This document shows positions 1 through 13,179 of a stretch of 64,000 bases of DNA, in pieces (positions within the stretch are counted from its first letter, which is position 1; each line of letters begins with the position of its first letter). A model generated the notes under the pieces. That model was not told where the DNA came from and ran no database searches. It worked only from the letters and a program-made list of their open reading frames with translations. Location: the NCBI RefSeq assembly GCF_006345805.1, contig NC_043000.1, forward strand, positions 25,296,001 through 25,360,000. The letters run 5' to 3'. The position numbers and the translations under genes are program-made. The stretch comes from Octopus sinensis (taxonomy: Eukaryota).

Positions 1-51
1 TTTGGGATTTGGTTTGCAAGATTCTTTATATAATTTTGTGTGTTGAAGCAT

Positions 52-282
52 ATTCTGCTTTGTCTGGGGAGTCATTTTCCATTTGTGCCTTATTACGTAA
101 CACACTCACCGGTAAAATTTCCACTTATTTCTATTTTCCTAAAATTTCCTAAAATATTGAAAAGATTGCAAGACGCAACGAAAATTTTAGGAAAATAAAA
201 ATAAGAAATAAGTGGAAATTTTACTGGTGTGTTAAATGATAAGCCACAAAAAGAAAATTACTCTCCCCAGACACAACAGAAT
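52..282. repeat. Imperfect inverted repeat (~95-100 bp arms), probable divergent pair of PLE-type terminal repeats
   Basis: 52-147 (attctgctttgtctgggga...tttcctaaaattt) is the reverse complement of 181-282 (aaaattttagg...ccccagacacaacagaat), with small indels. The left arm continues off the window edge. Confidence 0.75.
155..191 (+). ncRNA. Degenerate candidate minimal hammerhead (U3-A8 type core)
   Basis: TA-TTGAAAA-G-ATTGC-aagac-GCAAC-GAAA-ATT-T-TAGG: stem II TTGC/GCAA and palindromic AAATTT stem III. Only 2 bp of stem I remain. Confidence 0.3.
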
Positions 283-439
283 TGCAGGAATAGTTTATTT
301 GTTCGCATTTATCTGTTTTGAGTATTAATTCAACACTTCTATGTGTTTTGCACGCTGACTAGTAATTCTGCTGATTCTGATTCTTTATCTAACCTGATCT
401 TAGTGTTCTTAGTTATTTTGAAATCTTCTAGATTCTCCT

Positions 440-570
440 GTAGCATTTTTCTAATCTGAATCTCGTATGAGTTTCACAAGTAAATGCGTATCTTGTATGT
501 AGCAGTCTTTCTACTTATATTTCAAATGCAGCATTTAACTTGAGGTCGTTCATTTACAAATGATGGTTAG
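440..570 (-). pseudogene. Decayed RT fragment of an R4/Dong-like non-LTR retrotransposon
   Basis: Minus strand reads NHHL*MNDLKLNA (cf. NHLLYMDDLKLYA) and HTRFRLEKC (cf. MxFGLEKC). Confidence 0.45.
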
Positions 571-771
571 TTGTCCTTCTTTAATATTTATATTCCGGTT
601 CAGTACTCTTTAGTTAAAGGTGTTACCACCAGGCAAAAAAGAATTATTATTTTTTCTACATCTTTGTTTCCATTTCTTGCCGTCTTCCCGACGCCTAGGG
701 CAAAAAAACTCACTGCATACATTTATAAACCATTAAATTAGATTTACGTGGGTGACAATCATTCTCACAAC

Positions 772-1158
772 AACATTCTTCTCAATACGTGTGACGTAAC
801 AGTTAAAACAATCTTTTGCACTTCTTGCATGGGTAGTAAGCCAGAGATCACTCTCAAATAATTTTCAGTTCCTTTTTTTATCATTCCAGGTGCTCCTACA
901 ATCACTAGTATTGTAACTGCCTTGAGATACCACATTTTTTTCGATTTCAGTTACCAAATCTTATATTTTCTGAACTTGTCAAATTCTTTTGCCGAGATAT
1001 TATTATCACAAGGAATACTAATGCCGATCCGTAAACAGACTTTACTGCTTTGGTCTTTCACAACAATACCTGGTTTATCAGCTTTGATGGTTCTGTCTGT
1101 ATGTACTGGAAAGTCTCAAAGAATCGTTACATTTTTCTCCCTCGGTTACAACCTCAGG
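772..1158 (-). mobile_element. R4/Dong-like restriction-like endonuclease (RLE) C-terminal remnant, duplicated at ~1454-1781
   Basis: Minus strand reads approximately ENVTIL*DFPVHTDRTIKADKPGIVVKD...MQEVQKIVLTVTSHVLRR. Same family as the plus-strand copy at 15900-16320. Confidence 0.8.
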
Positions 1159-2077
1159 CTGGTGCTTATACCTATTTCTTTACTGCCCAAAAGTGGCTAC
1201 ACACAGAGAGGACAAACAATGACATACAAACGGATTAAGTCGGTTATATCGACCCAGTGCGTAACTGGTACTTTATTAATCGACCCCGATAGGATGAAAG
1301 GCAAAGTCGACTTCGGCGGAATTTGAACTCAGAACGTAGCGGCAGACGAAATACGGCTACGCATTTCGCCCGGCATGCTAACGATTCTGTCAGCTCGCCG
1401 CTGGTGCTTATACCATTGCTGTCGTTGTTGCTGCTGTTATTCCAAAACTATTACATGGGTAGTAAGCCAGAGATCACTCTCAAATAATTTTCAGTTCCTT
1501 TTTTTATCATTCCAGGTGCTCCTACAATCACTAGTATTGTAACTGCCTTGAGATACCACATTTTTTTCGATTTCAGTTACCAAATCTTATATTTTCTGAA
1601 CTTGTCAATTCTTTTGCCGAGATATTATTATCACAAGGATACTAATGCCGATCCGTAAACAGACTTTACTGCTTTGGTCTTTCACAACAATACCTGGTTT
1701 ATCAGCTTTGATGGTTCTGTCTGTATGTACTGGAAAGTCTCAAAGAATCGTTACATTTTTCTCCCTCGGTTACAACTCAGGCTGGGCGTATACCTATTTC
1801 TTACTGCCCAAAAGTGGCTACACACAGAGAGGACAAACAAGACATACAAACGGATTAAGTCGGTTATATCGACCCAGTGCGTAACTGGTACTTTATTAAT
1901 CGACCCCGATAGGATGAAAGGCAAAGTCGACTTCGGCGGAATTTGAACTCAGAACGTAGCGGCAGACGAAATACGGCTACGCATTTCGCCCGGCATGCTA
2001 ACGATTCTGTCAGCTCGCCGCTGGTGCTTATACCATTGCTGTCGTTGTTGCTGCTGTTATTCCAAAACTATTACATG
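828..2077 (+). repeat. Tandem duplication, ~625 bp unit x2
   Basis: 828-1453 is repeated at 1454-2077 with CATG microhomology at the junction. Copies differ mainly by 1-bp indels. Confidence 0.9.
1173..1400 (-). mobile_element. tRNA-derived SINE (family B) with 14-bp target-site duplication; duplicated at ~1795-2020
   Basis: Head ggcgagctgacagaatcgttagc, core gcctttcatcc...ggggtcgat. Flanked by ctggtgcttatacc at 1159-1172 and 1401-1414. Confidence 0.85.
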
Positions 2078-2109
2078 CCAATTTCATAAGAAGTAATGTT
2101 ATCTTGAAA

Positions 2110-3000
2110 CTTGATGGCGAATCTACTCAAATCTTCCTTGAGATTCTTGCAGAATATAGAATGGCACTTTTCTGCAAGCCAACACTGCGAGTCTCAATTC
2201 CAATATCTTTCAGTCTTTCAGGCAGCATGTTGGGTGTTCCGTCTGCAATAATTATCACAGGAGTAATTGTTGCCTTAGCCTTCTACAATCTTTTCAACTT
2301 TCTGTCTAGGTCCTGATATTTCTGAATTTCTTTGATATCGACTGTTAAGATCGGGAATTACAAAATCTCTGATGATTTAAAATGTTTATTTTATCCTCGG
2401 TAATCATATCTGGTCTTCTTGCTTCAGTAGTATAGTGAATCTTTATAGGGAAGTCACATAAATCCTGTAATTCTTATTGTCCATTACATCATCTGGTTCG
2501 TGTTCATATCACTTGTTATTTCCAAGTTACATGCTCGACTAACACCCTAATGCACTCTTTTTTCTACACAGTCTTGCCTGCTCTCATAGGCAATTTCTGC
2601 TAGATTACTGCATTCACTTAAGAGATGATTAATACTTTCATGTCCTTTCTGCATTATCTGTCTGACTGAGCTTTGTCGATCATTGCATTTATCAGATTCG
2701 TCTTAACGACTTGTTTCTGAGCGGCTATAATTAATGCTTCGGTCTCTCGTGTCCGCCCGTCAGCTATAACCAGCATTCTTTACTTCCATTTCTTTTCATC
2801 TGCTCGCTTTGTTGTTTTTCTTTCTCTCTTTGAGTTCTCCTACGGTTTCAGTAACTTTTCGGTCATCTCTAGCTGCCAATAGTATTCTTTCTTCACTGCG
2901 CATAGCATAATTTTTCTACCCCAAAATCGCAGCATTAACGCTGTTTTTTGCGTTTACTAATTTTCTGCTTCTTTCCTTTCTAGACAGAGTTTGTCAGTAA
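2110..3000 (-). mobile_element. Decayed R4/Dong-like retrotransposon C-terminal region (zinc knuckle + RLE)
   Basis: Minus strand gives ETEALIIAAQKQ, EHEPDDVMDNKNY, TEARRPDM and GLQKSAILYSARISRK, with stops and frameshifts. Confidence 0.75.
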
Positions 3001-4416
3001 TACTTTTATGGTGGTGTGCTTTGTACATTGTGAGCAACTTCCTGGTTCTTCTTGCCAAGTTGTTTTATCGATGGGCTGGCTTTGTTAAGTGATGGCTAGA
3101 TATTTTGGATTTTCATAGAAGTGGTGGACAATCCTCATTGATTCTGAGGTGTTACTGATGAATACGGAGCCCGTCAGTAAAAAATATTACATGTGTAATA
3201 AATGAAATTTAAGATCAGTAAGCGCTCAGACTTCCGTATAGTATAGGAATAACCACCGCCACATCAAAAGAATTAGATTAATTTTTTTTTCTTTATAAGG
3301 TGTTATCGAAATAGATCAGTGATCTTTTCATGCATAATTATATTAATATCAGAGTCACTGGTTTGAATATAATTCTGGTGAAAGCTAATGCTTTATGAGT
3401 GAATTTATAAACTTGTTTATTACTACTACAAATAAAATCAATACAGTCATTTGCATGAACTTAACATAAATACTTATAACAGGGTTTTGTCTGTCAGCAT
3501 TACTAACAATTACAAATAAAATTTCCATTAATTTAGAGGTTAAGCAAATAGCTACCGAATAGGAAATAGAAGACAATCGAACGCTTAATTTTGTGAAAAC
3601 CTGGCGTTACATTTAAGGACCGCAAGTAAAATTTTATTAATAATCCAAGTGACTTAGGTTTGGTTATTAAACGTATCTTATACATGATAATCCTTTAAAA
3701 TAAACAAAAGCCGATTATGGAATAAAAGTATTTCTACAAATAACTGGTTTAACAAGCATATGTTAAAATTTATCTTGTGTAACCTCATCAAATTTTACCC
3801 TTCGATTACTAAATCTTTGCTTCTAAAAGCATTACTTTTCGGCAAGAATTATATTTCAATCAATGCTTCCAATAATAAAATAATTATGCATGCAAGATCG
3901 TTGGTTTCTTTCGATAACGCTCTCTGGGTAAAGAAAAGTTATTCTAATTCTTTTGATGTGGCGAATGCTAACCTAACTCTACAGAAATTTGTGAGGTTAT
4001 CGATCAACAAGCTTTATATTTATTACATAATAAGTTCAATAATTTATAGTGTGCTTTATATCGATATGACAGGCACATTATTTCACGTAATATGAATGTC
4101 TAACAGTTAGATAATTTCCAAAGAAATCGCTTTAAATTATTAAGTGAATTGCACTTAAAGATTACTGTTGATATAAGCTTACATATTAATTTTGTGAGAT
4201 ATTTCCTTAAATTTAGAAATCAATAAATATTTAGGGCGTCACATGAAAAGTTACAGTACATAAATATAGCTTCCAACCATCCGCCTGGTGTTATAAATAA
4301 TTTTGTGAAAAATGCTAGCATTCACATTTCCCACAATACATCTCATGTATCTTATGTTAACAAAGCGGCCTCATTATAATACGTTGCAAAGCGATGGAAT
4401 AAGATTTATTGAATAA

Positions 4417-4437
4417 ATGATGATGATGATGATGATG

Positions 4438-4477
<40 letters not shown>

Positions 4478-4544
4478 TAATAATAATAATAGAAACAACA
4501 ACAACAATAATAATAATAATGGCAATAATAATTATAATAATAAT

Positions 4545-4579
<35 letters not shown>

Positions 4580-4595
4580 TGATGATGATAATAAC

Positions 4596-4629
<34 letters not shown>

Positions 4630-4699
4630 TAAAATAATATTAATAATAATAATAATAATAATGAATAATAAATAATAATATTGATAATAATATTAATAA

Positions 4700-4733
<34 letters not shown>

Positions 4734-4798
4734 ATAATAAATAATAATAATGATAATAATAATAATAATGATGATAAATAATAATAATAATAATAATA

Positions 4799-4897
<99 letters not shown>

Positions 4898-4898
4898 G

Positions 4899-4952
<54 letters not shown>
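4417..4952. repeat. (AAT)n/(GAT)n microsatellite switching to (ATT)n near 4800
   Basis: Directly visible; the polarity switch makes the tract self-complementary. Confidence 0.95.
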
Positions 4953-5597
<645 letters not shown>

Positions 5598-5656
5598 TAA
5601 TAATAATAATAATAATAATAACAACAACAACAACAATAATAATAATAATAAATCAA

Positions 5657-6010
5657 TACCAGCAGATGACAATGTGTCTCTAAAAGAAATGGAGAAACTT
5701 TCAAAATACAAAGACCTGGAAATAGAGGTAACTCGAATATGGAATCTAAAAACCGAAACAATTCCTATCATAGTAGGCGCATTAAGTATGATAAAAAATA
5801 TTCAAACAAATACATAACAAAAACACCAGGACTTACAAATATATATAACATACAGAAAATTGCACTACTGGGCACTGCACGCATCTTACGCAAAACACTT
5901 TCAATACAGTAGCCATCAGAGCATCACAACAAATCACAGCACATACCCAAGGCACACAGAGCTGCGCTCGGTAGTGAAGTGAAAGTACACTATAAAAATA
6001 AAACTACTGG
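5657..6010 (+). mobile_element. 5'-truncated R4/Dong-like element: RLE C-terminus plus 3' UTR, within (AAT)n
   Basis: IPADDNVSLKEMEKLSKYKDLEIEVTRIWNLKTETIPIIVGAL...QKIALLGTARILRKTL*; ends aaaactactggataataat. Confidence 0.85.
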
Positions 6011-6025
6011 ATAATAATAATAATC

Positions 6026-6065
<40 letters not shown>

Positions 6066-8790
6066 TTATGGTCAGGACGTCGGCGACTAAACCGGGAGCC
6101 CCGCAGAGCTTGCTCTGTGAAGAGGGTGTATGATTCTTGCTATTTTAACACCCTACAGGAAGAAAAACAAGACCTGTATAAAGGCTAATGAACACTTACG
6201 AGGCAACGACCACCAAAATAGTATATACCTAAGAGGCGGAAGCAACCATAACGCTTGAACACCCCTTATACAAGGTGGAAATTCAATCTGATAGATGGAA
6301 TCTCGATCTTTATAGCCCGGAAGTTGGGTTTGAAAACTAAAGGTAAATGTCAACATAACCTGACGGGACCATGGTGGTAAAGAAGAATAAGGCAGTCTAT
6401 TAACGAGACCAGAAAAACATATTAATATTCTGCAACGGAAGAAAAGAAATGAAGTTCAGCGAAATATATCAAGCTAGAGAGAAAGTATAGAGTGAATAGA
6501 AAGGGAATCAATGTTATGATTGAGGAATTAAAACAGCAGTTGAAAGTTAAAGCACATAAAGTAAAGCGATATGAAGAGAGGATTGAGCAGTACAGATTAA
6601 ACAGACTTTTCGAACAAAATCAGAAACGAGTCCATCAGGAACTGGATGAGAAAGAAGAAGGCGAAAAAGCCATTCCGGATGCTGAAGGAAGCAAAAGATT
6701 CTGGGCAGACAGGAGAAACAGCACAAAACTGAGGCAGATTGGTTAAAGACTCAAAGAGGAGAGTGGAGAGTATCAGCAGGAAGATTTGAGAATAACCAAG
6801 GAGATGATTAGAGAACAGTGCGGGAGAATTCCTAACAGGAAAGCACCTGGTCCAGATGGGTTTCTGGGCTTTTGGCTTAAAAACTTGACAGCTCTCCACG
6901 GGAGAATTGCGAGACAGCTGGACGAAATATTGAGTAGTGACATCCAAGTACAGGCCTGATGACAAAAGGGAGAACAGTACTATGACAGAAGGACCCAAGT
7001 AAAGGGAATGCGGTTGGAAATTTCCGGCCACTATCTTGTTTGCTACTGATGTGGAAACTGATGACGGGCATCATATCAAGCAGCATCTATAAGTACCTAG
7101 ATGAAAACGACCTACTACCAGTGGAACAAAAGGGGTGTAGACGTAAGCGCAGAGAAACGAAGGATCAATTACTAATCAATAAGACTACCCTGGCTGACTG
7201 CAAGAAGCGATACACAAATTTGGCGATGGCATGGATGGACTACAGGAAAGCACATGACATGGTCCCACACTCGTGGATTATTGAATACCTTAAACTGCTT
7301 AAGGTCTCCCACAATATCCTGAAGTTAATACAAAACTCAATGGCAACGTGGCGAATTGAACGCACAGCATGGAGAAACAAGCTGGGAGAGGTAAATATCA
7401 AGAGAAACCTTTCAAGGGGCAAGTTTGTCGCTTCTCCTATTTGTTGTCTGCATTCTGCCACTAACAAGCGTTTTAAGAATGATGCGTGCGGGGGTACATG
7501 CTAGGCAGGGTGAAAGTAAGCAACCTGTGGTTTATGGATGACCTAAAGCTATTTGCTAAGACTGGGAAAGAAATTGAGAGTTTGACGGCAACTGTGGAGA
7601 TGATTAGCAAAGATGGAATTTGGGATTGAGAAATGTGGTGTAATGATTCTCAAAAGGGGGAAAATTAGTAAAAGCCATGGGATCAAGGTGGAAAGTGGCG
7701 AAACTATAAATGAAGTCGGAGAGGAAGGATATAAGTACCTGGGTATCATCGAAAGAGATAAGATGAATGAACACAAGATGAAAGAAATGCACAGAAAAAA
7801 GTATTTGAGGAGAATTCGGCTTGTGCTCCAATCGAAGCTAAATGGCCGCTATAAGATTAGAGCAATTAACACGTGGGCTGTTGCTTTGATGAGATATGGG
7901 GCAGGAATAGTATCTTGGAAGAAGCATGAATTACAAGAGATAGACCGGAGAACACGTAAATTAATGACAATGAACAGAGAACTACACCCCAAGAGTGATG
8001 TGTCAAGGTTGTATGTAAAGAGGAAAGAATGAGGACGGGGATTGGTGTGTTGTGAAGATTGTGTAAGGGAAGAGGAGAATAGCTTGGCTTGGTATGTCAA
8101 GGGGAGTAAAGAAGAAATGATTGAAGCAGTGAAAATGTAGGGAACCTTAAAAGTGAACGAAACCGTAGATCCAACACGATTTAAGAAAGACCAGAGAGAG
8201 CAGATGAAGGAAATTTGGCAGGAGAAAAAATGCTCAGTCAGTTCTTGAAGAATAAAGATGAAATTGATTGGAATAGAACCTGGCAATAGCTGCAGAAAAG
8301 AGACTTAAAAAGGGCCCACTGAGGCATTAGTGTGCAGCGCTCAAGAACAAGCTCTCAGAACAAACAACTACAAATATCACATTGATAAAGACACTGACTC
8401 GCCACAGTGTAGGATGTGCTCTGAGAAGGGAGAAAGTATAAGCCGTTTTGTTAGTGAGTGCTGTAAGCTCGCACAACGCGAATATAAAAGGAGACTCAAC
8501 AATGTGGCTAGATATGTCCACTGGCTGTTGTGCGGTAAAGCAAACTTCGAGAGAGCCGAACAATGGTATGAACTCATTGCCAGAGGGAGTAATGGAAAAC
8601 GAACAGTACAAAATACTCTGGGATTTTAACATACAGTGCGACCAAGCCTTAGAGGCGAGACGGCCAGATATCGTTATTATCCATAACAATGAAAAAGAAG
8701 CGAAGACAATAGATGCTGCAATATCAGGCGATTCGAGGGTAAATGTAAGGAAGAAAAGAGTGAGAAATACTCGTAAGTGTTAGTTATATG
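6066..8790 (+). mobile_element. Long decayed R4/Dong-like non-LTR retrotransposon (RT, CCHC knuckle, PD-(D/E)xK RLE)
   Basis: Frameshifted pieces: [68 protein letters not shown]...SEC...YKRR, ILWDFNIQCD...RRPDIVI. Confidence 0.92.
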
Positions 8791-8881
8791 AGGTACATTG
8801 TCGGAAGAAACCCAAGTTAACTCCCCGAAGATATATGTGTGTGTGTGTTACATATATATGGAAGTATGTACAGTATGTATG

Positions 8882-8955
<74 letters not shown>

Positions 8956-9128
8956 TATATATATAATATATACATAATATATTACATACATAATATATAT
9001 TATATATATATATATAGGCTATTATATATATATTATATGTATGATGGATATATATATATTATTTACATTAGATATGATTGAAAGCCACGCATCCATTCCT
9101 AAGTAAGTTTTATCTGGTGTGTGTGTGG

Positions 9129-9159
<31 letters not shown>

Positions 9160-9628
9160 AGATATGTGATGACACGCTGGAGTTTTCGGTAGAATGCCCG
9201 TGGTACGTTTTTCCGATCCTACACACTCTGAATACAAATTTTTCGCCACATCATCGGAGAACGAAGCAGGGTTTGCGAAACTGTGACACTTCTGTCAGGA
9301 ATCGATTGCAACCGACAGATAGTACGAGAAATTTGAAAAACTAATGGAAACAAATTTCCTTGATTTGATCAGAAGATCGACTGTCACCACAGACACACAC
9401 ACATACACACAAAAACCACATACTCATAGACTCACACGCATAAATGATTGTGTATATGTATGCGTTTATGTATAAATATATACTATATGGTATCCAATAT
9501 ATTATGCTACATACATAATAATATATATACACACACATATATATGTATATATATATATGTATATATATATATATGTATGTATATATGTGTATTATTTATA
9601 TATTATATAATATCTATATATATAGATA

Positions 9629-9706
<78 letters not shown>

Positions 9707-9829
9707 TATATATATATAATATATATATATGTATGTATAATATGTATATATATTGATATATATATATACATTTATAAAAAAGAAGTTTGAAAACGCCACT
9801 ATATTAGATAAATTTTCATTTTCTTATGA

Positions 9830-9874
9830 ATTTTACATGTTTCGGTTCTTGAAAAAACGAACCTTATCAAAAAT
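9830..9874 (-). ncRNA. Minimal type I hammerhead ribozyme motif, U3-A8 core variant
   Basis: Minus strand: ATTT-TTGATAA-GGTTC-gttttttcaa-GAACC-GAAAC-AT-GTA-AAAT. Stem II 5 bp, palindromic ACATGT stem III, GUA triplet, 4-bp A-U stem I. Confidence 0.6.
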
Positions 9875-10607
9875 ATTATAAAAAGTGTAATCGAGAAGTT
9901 CATAATCGTTTCTTACTGGTCTCAATAGAATCCATGTTCTTGAAAAAACGAACCTTATCAAAAATATAAAAAGTGCAATAGAAAAGTTCATAATCGTTTC
10001 TTACTGTTCTCAATAGAATCCATGTGGTGGTGTTTTGTCGGTAGTTGGTATAATCGCTATATTACTGTTGCTGGTATCAAAAGGAGCCGCTTTTTTGTTA
10101 CCTTGTGTTCCAATGGTAGCAACAGTAGTCATTGTTGGTCGTAGTAGTTGGTCGTAATTTTGGCAACCTTGGTGATGGTTGGGGTTAGTAGTAGATGACT
10201 GTTGATCGTAGCAGCAATAGTGGTGGGTTCACTGGCACTGTTCACTGACGTCACATAATTCCAAACCAATCAAAACCAAACTTCAACGAATACAAGGAAA
10301 AGACCCATAACTGTATCCTGTAAGGGAACCAACCAAGCAGAACAAGCTTGACCACGGAAGAAAAACGTCATCAATTTTTTAACGAATCAAAATCAGATCT
10401 GCTCGCAGAAAAAAATTTTCTTTATAAATTCATCTTTCCCTAAAACATACCACTGCAAGCGGGAGTGACTGTTTAAAGATCTGAGAAATTGTAATCCCCC
10501 CACCTCCACCCTTTTTTTAGTATTTTAATTCTCACACTGTGGCCGTAGCAGCAGTAGTAGCAGTAGAGGGCTGTTGATCGTAGCAGCAATAGTAGTGACC
10601 ACGGTGG

Positions 10608-11205
10608 TTAGTTAGTTGTTAGTTAGTTAGTTAGTTAGTTAATTTGGCTCAAAAGCAAATAGCAAGGCCATGTAGGGGGACATGGAGTTAAGTACAGGGT
10701 GGTGTTCATGTAAAGAGTTCAGGCCACTTAAGGTCAAGGGAGGCTTTGAACAAAGCGGTTGTCGGCATCTTCACCATCTCGTCTGGCAGCTTGTTCCACG
10801 GATCCGCAACCCTGACGGAGAAAGCTCCTCTCCTTCGATTGAGATGAAATCGTCGCAGGTAGAGCTTTTCGGAATGACCCCGCAGCCGACGCTCTGGAGC
10901 AGGAGTGAAGAACAGCTCTTTCGAGAGGTTACACTTTCCGCTTATGATGTTGTGGGCGAGAATGAGATCACCACGGCGGTGGCGTTTTTCTAGAGAATAA
11001 AGGTCGAGCGTCCTCAGCCTTTCTTCATAGGACAAATTTTTGAGACCATGAACCATGCGGGTAGCCAGCTTCTGGGCTCTTTCGAGATTCTGTATGTCTT
11101 TGAGGAGATAAGGAGAAGAGGCTTGAATCCCGTACTCCAATATGGGTCTCACCAGCGTGACATAGAGTGGTAGGAATATGGCTGCTGTGAACATTCCGAA
11201 TGACC
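10608..11205 (-). mobile_element. 5'-truncated CR1-type LINE with intact ORF2 C-terminus (10706-11194) and (AACT)n tail
   Basis: LYVTLVRPILEYGIQASSPYLLKDIQNLERAQKLATRMV...LRTLDLYSLEKR...FSVRVADPWNKLP runs stop-free for 162 aa, followed by a short 3' UTR and a tetranucleotide tail. Confidence 0.9.
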
Positions 11206-11252
11206 GTTAGTAGTGCTAGTGGAAGCAGTCGTATATATACATATATACATAT

Positions 11253-11305
<53 letters not shown>

Positions 11306-11699
11306 TATGTGTGTGTATATATATATTATGTATGTAAGCATAATATAGATGGATACCAGTATATATATATATATAGAGAGAGAGGGCTATACATATCTGT
11401 GTGTGTACACATGCGCGCATAGACTTATATATGTATATATATATATATATATTGTGTGAGTATGTGTGTGTGTCCTTCTGTGTGTATTTACATACATGCT
11501 TGCGTATGTCCACGTTAGGTATAGAACAACCCACACAATGACGTCACTTGGCTGATGACTTAATAATCACCGGAGGGGAAAACATACCATGAAGTTACGT
11601 TTTTTTCTTTTCCCATCTACCGTTGACTGTCTTTGACTGTGTACGGAATAATGATATATGTGGGTGATTGATTGATTGATTGAGCGAGTGTTTGAGTGA

Positions 11700-11787
11700 G
11701 GGAGGGAGGGAAGGAGGTATGCAGTGAGGGAGGGAGGGAGTTAGAAAATGAGTGGTACACTAAGAGAAAGGGAGACACTGAGACAGT

Positions 11788-11820
<33 letters not shown>

Positions 11821-12020
11821 CGGGTGTAAAGACAAGGAAAGAAAGATACAGAGGAAAACCATGTGTGTGTGTGTGTGTGTGTGTGTGTATGCATGTATGT
11901 TTGTATATATGCATAAGTATGTATGTACATATGTGTGTGTATATATATATATATATATACAGAGAGAGAGAGAGAGAGAGGGGGGAGGGAGGATACACAG
12001 ACACACATACGCACAGATAA

Positions 12021-12093
<73 letters not shown>

Positions 12094-12149
12094 CGGACAG
12101 ACAGACAGATACAGACAGACAGACAGATGCAGACATATATATATATAGC

Positions 12150-12193
<44 letters not shown>

Positions 12194-12240
12194 CAAACAG
12201 ATACAGACAGACAGACAGATAGATAGATGGATAGGCAGGC

Positions 12241-12317
<77 letters not shown>

Positions 12318-12320
12318 CCG
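11700..12320. repeat. Compound microsatellites (GA, GT, TA, GATA, GACA)
   Basis: Directly visible. Confidence 0.95.
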
Positions 12321-12457
12321 TAAGAGGCGATTAAACTTCAAATACGCAAACAAGAACGCCAGATGGATGGCGTATAAAAATACGAAATGAGAATCTACAA
12401 AGGAGAATTAGAATCTACAAAGAAATAAATTGGTCGGGAAGAAAATACTCACCACAC

Positions 12458-12499
<42 letters not shown>

Positions 12500-12688
12500 A
12501 CACACACACACACACCACACACACATACACACACACACGCTGTGTATTATCCCATACACACATACACGCAAATACTCCGAACCGGCACATGTACACTACT
12601 AACACAAACATATCCCCATGTAAAACTGATTTGCAAAGCATATTCTGTTACCACAAGTTACTCTCTACTCGTTGCTACTGCTGCTGTT

Positions 12689-12723
<35 letters not shown>

Positions 12724-12941
12724 CGTGTAGTTAATTAAAATCCTACAGCGAAAGTTGTATGGCTTCGAGGACCCAATTCGGCAGAGGACGTGTAGAACAA
12801 TGGAAATTCTTCGGGAAAGGAAACAGGATATGTTTTTTGATGATGGGCCCAAGCCGTTGCCAAAAATCTCAATGGCTGCTTAACTGAAACCGATATTAGA
12901 GAAACAAATGATAAAAAATAATAATAATAATAATAATAATA

Positions 12942-13040
<99 letters not shown>

Positions 13041-13179
13041 ATTATTATTACTATATTATATTATTATTATTATTATTATTATTTTATTATTATATATATA
13101 ACAACACAACAACAATAATAATAATATATTTTAAAAGGATTGACGTGAATCTTCACAACAAAGTTTAGCAGACAAGACG

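Larger units (their letters stand above)
9773..11233 (-). mobile_element. Solo PLE 3' region/pseudo-LTR (~870 bp) interrupted by a CR1 insertion
   Basis: Colinear with 52141-53031, which directly follows a GIY-YIG ORF on the minus strand. Both copies carry the same internal ~88-bp tandem duplication and a hammerhead motif. Confidence 0.75.

Noticed and set aside
3152-3180. CTGATGAATACGG...CCGTCAGTAA
   Set aside because: Forms a simple hairpin and has no GAAA.
10608-10640. Telomere-like (TTAG)n
   Set aside because: It is the tetranucleotide 3' tail of the adjacent CR1 fragment.
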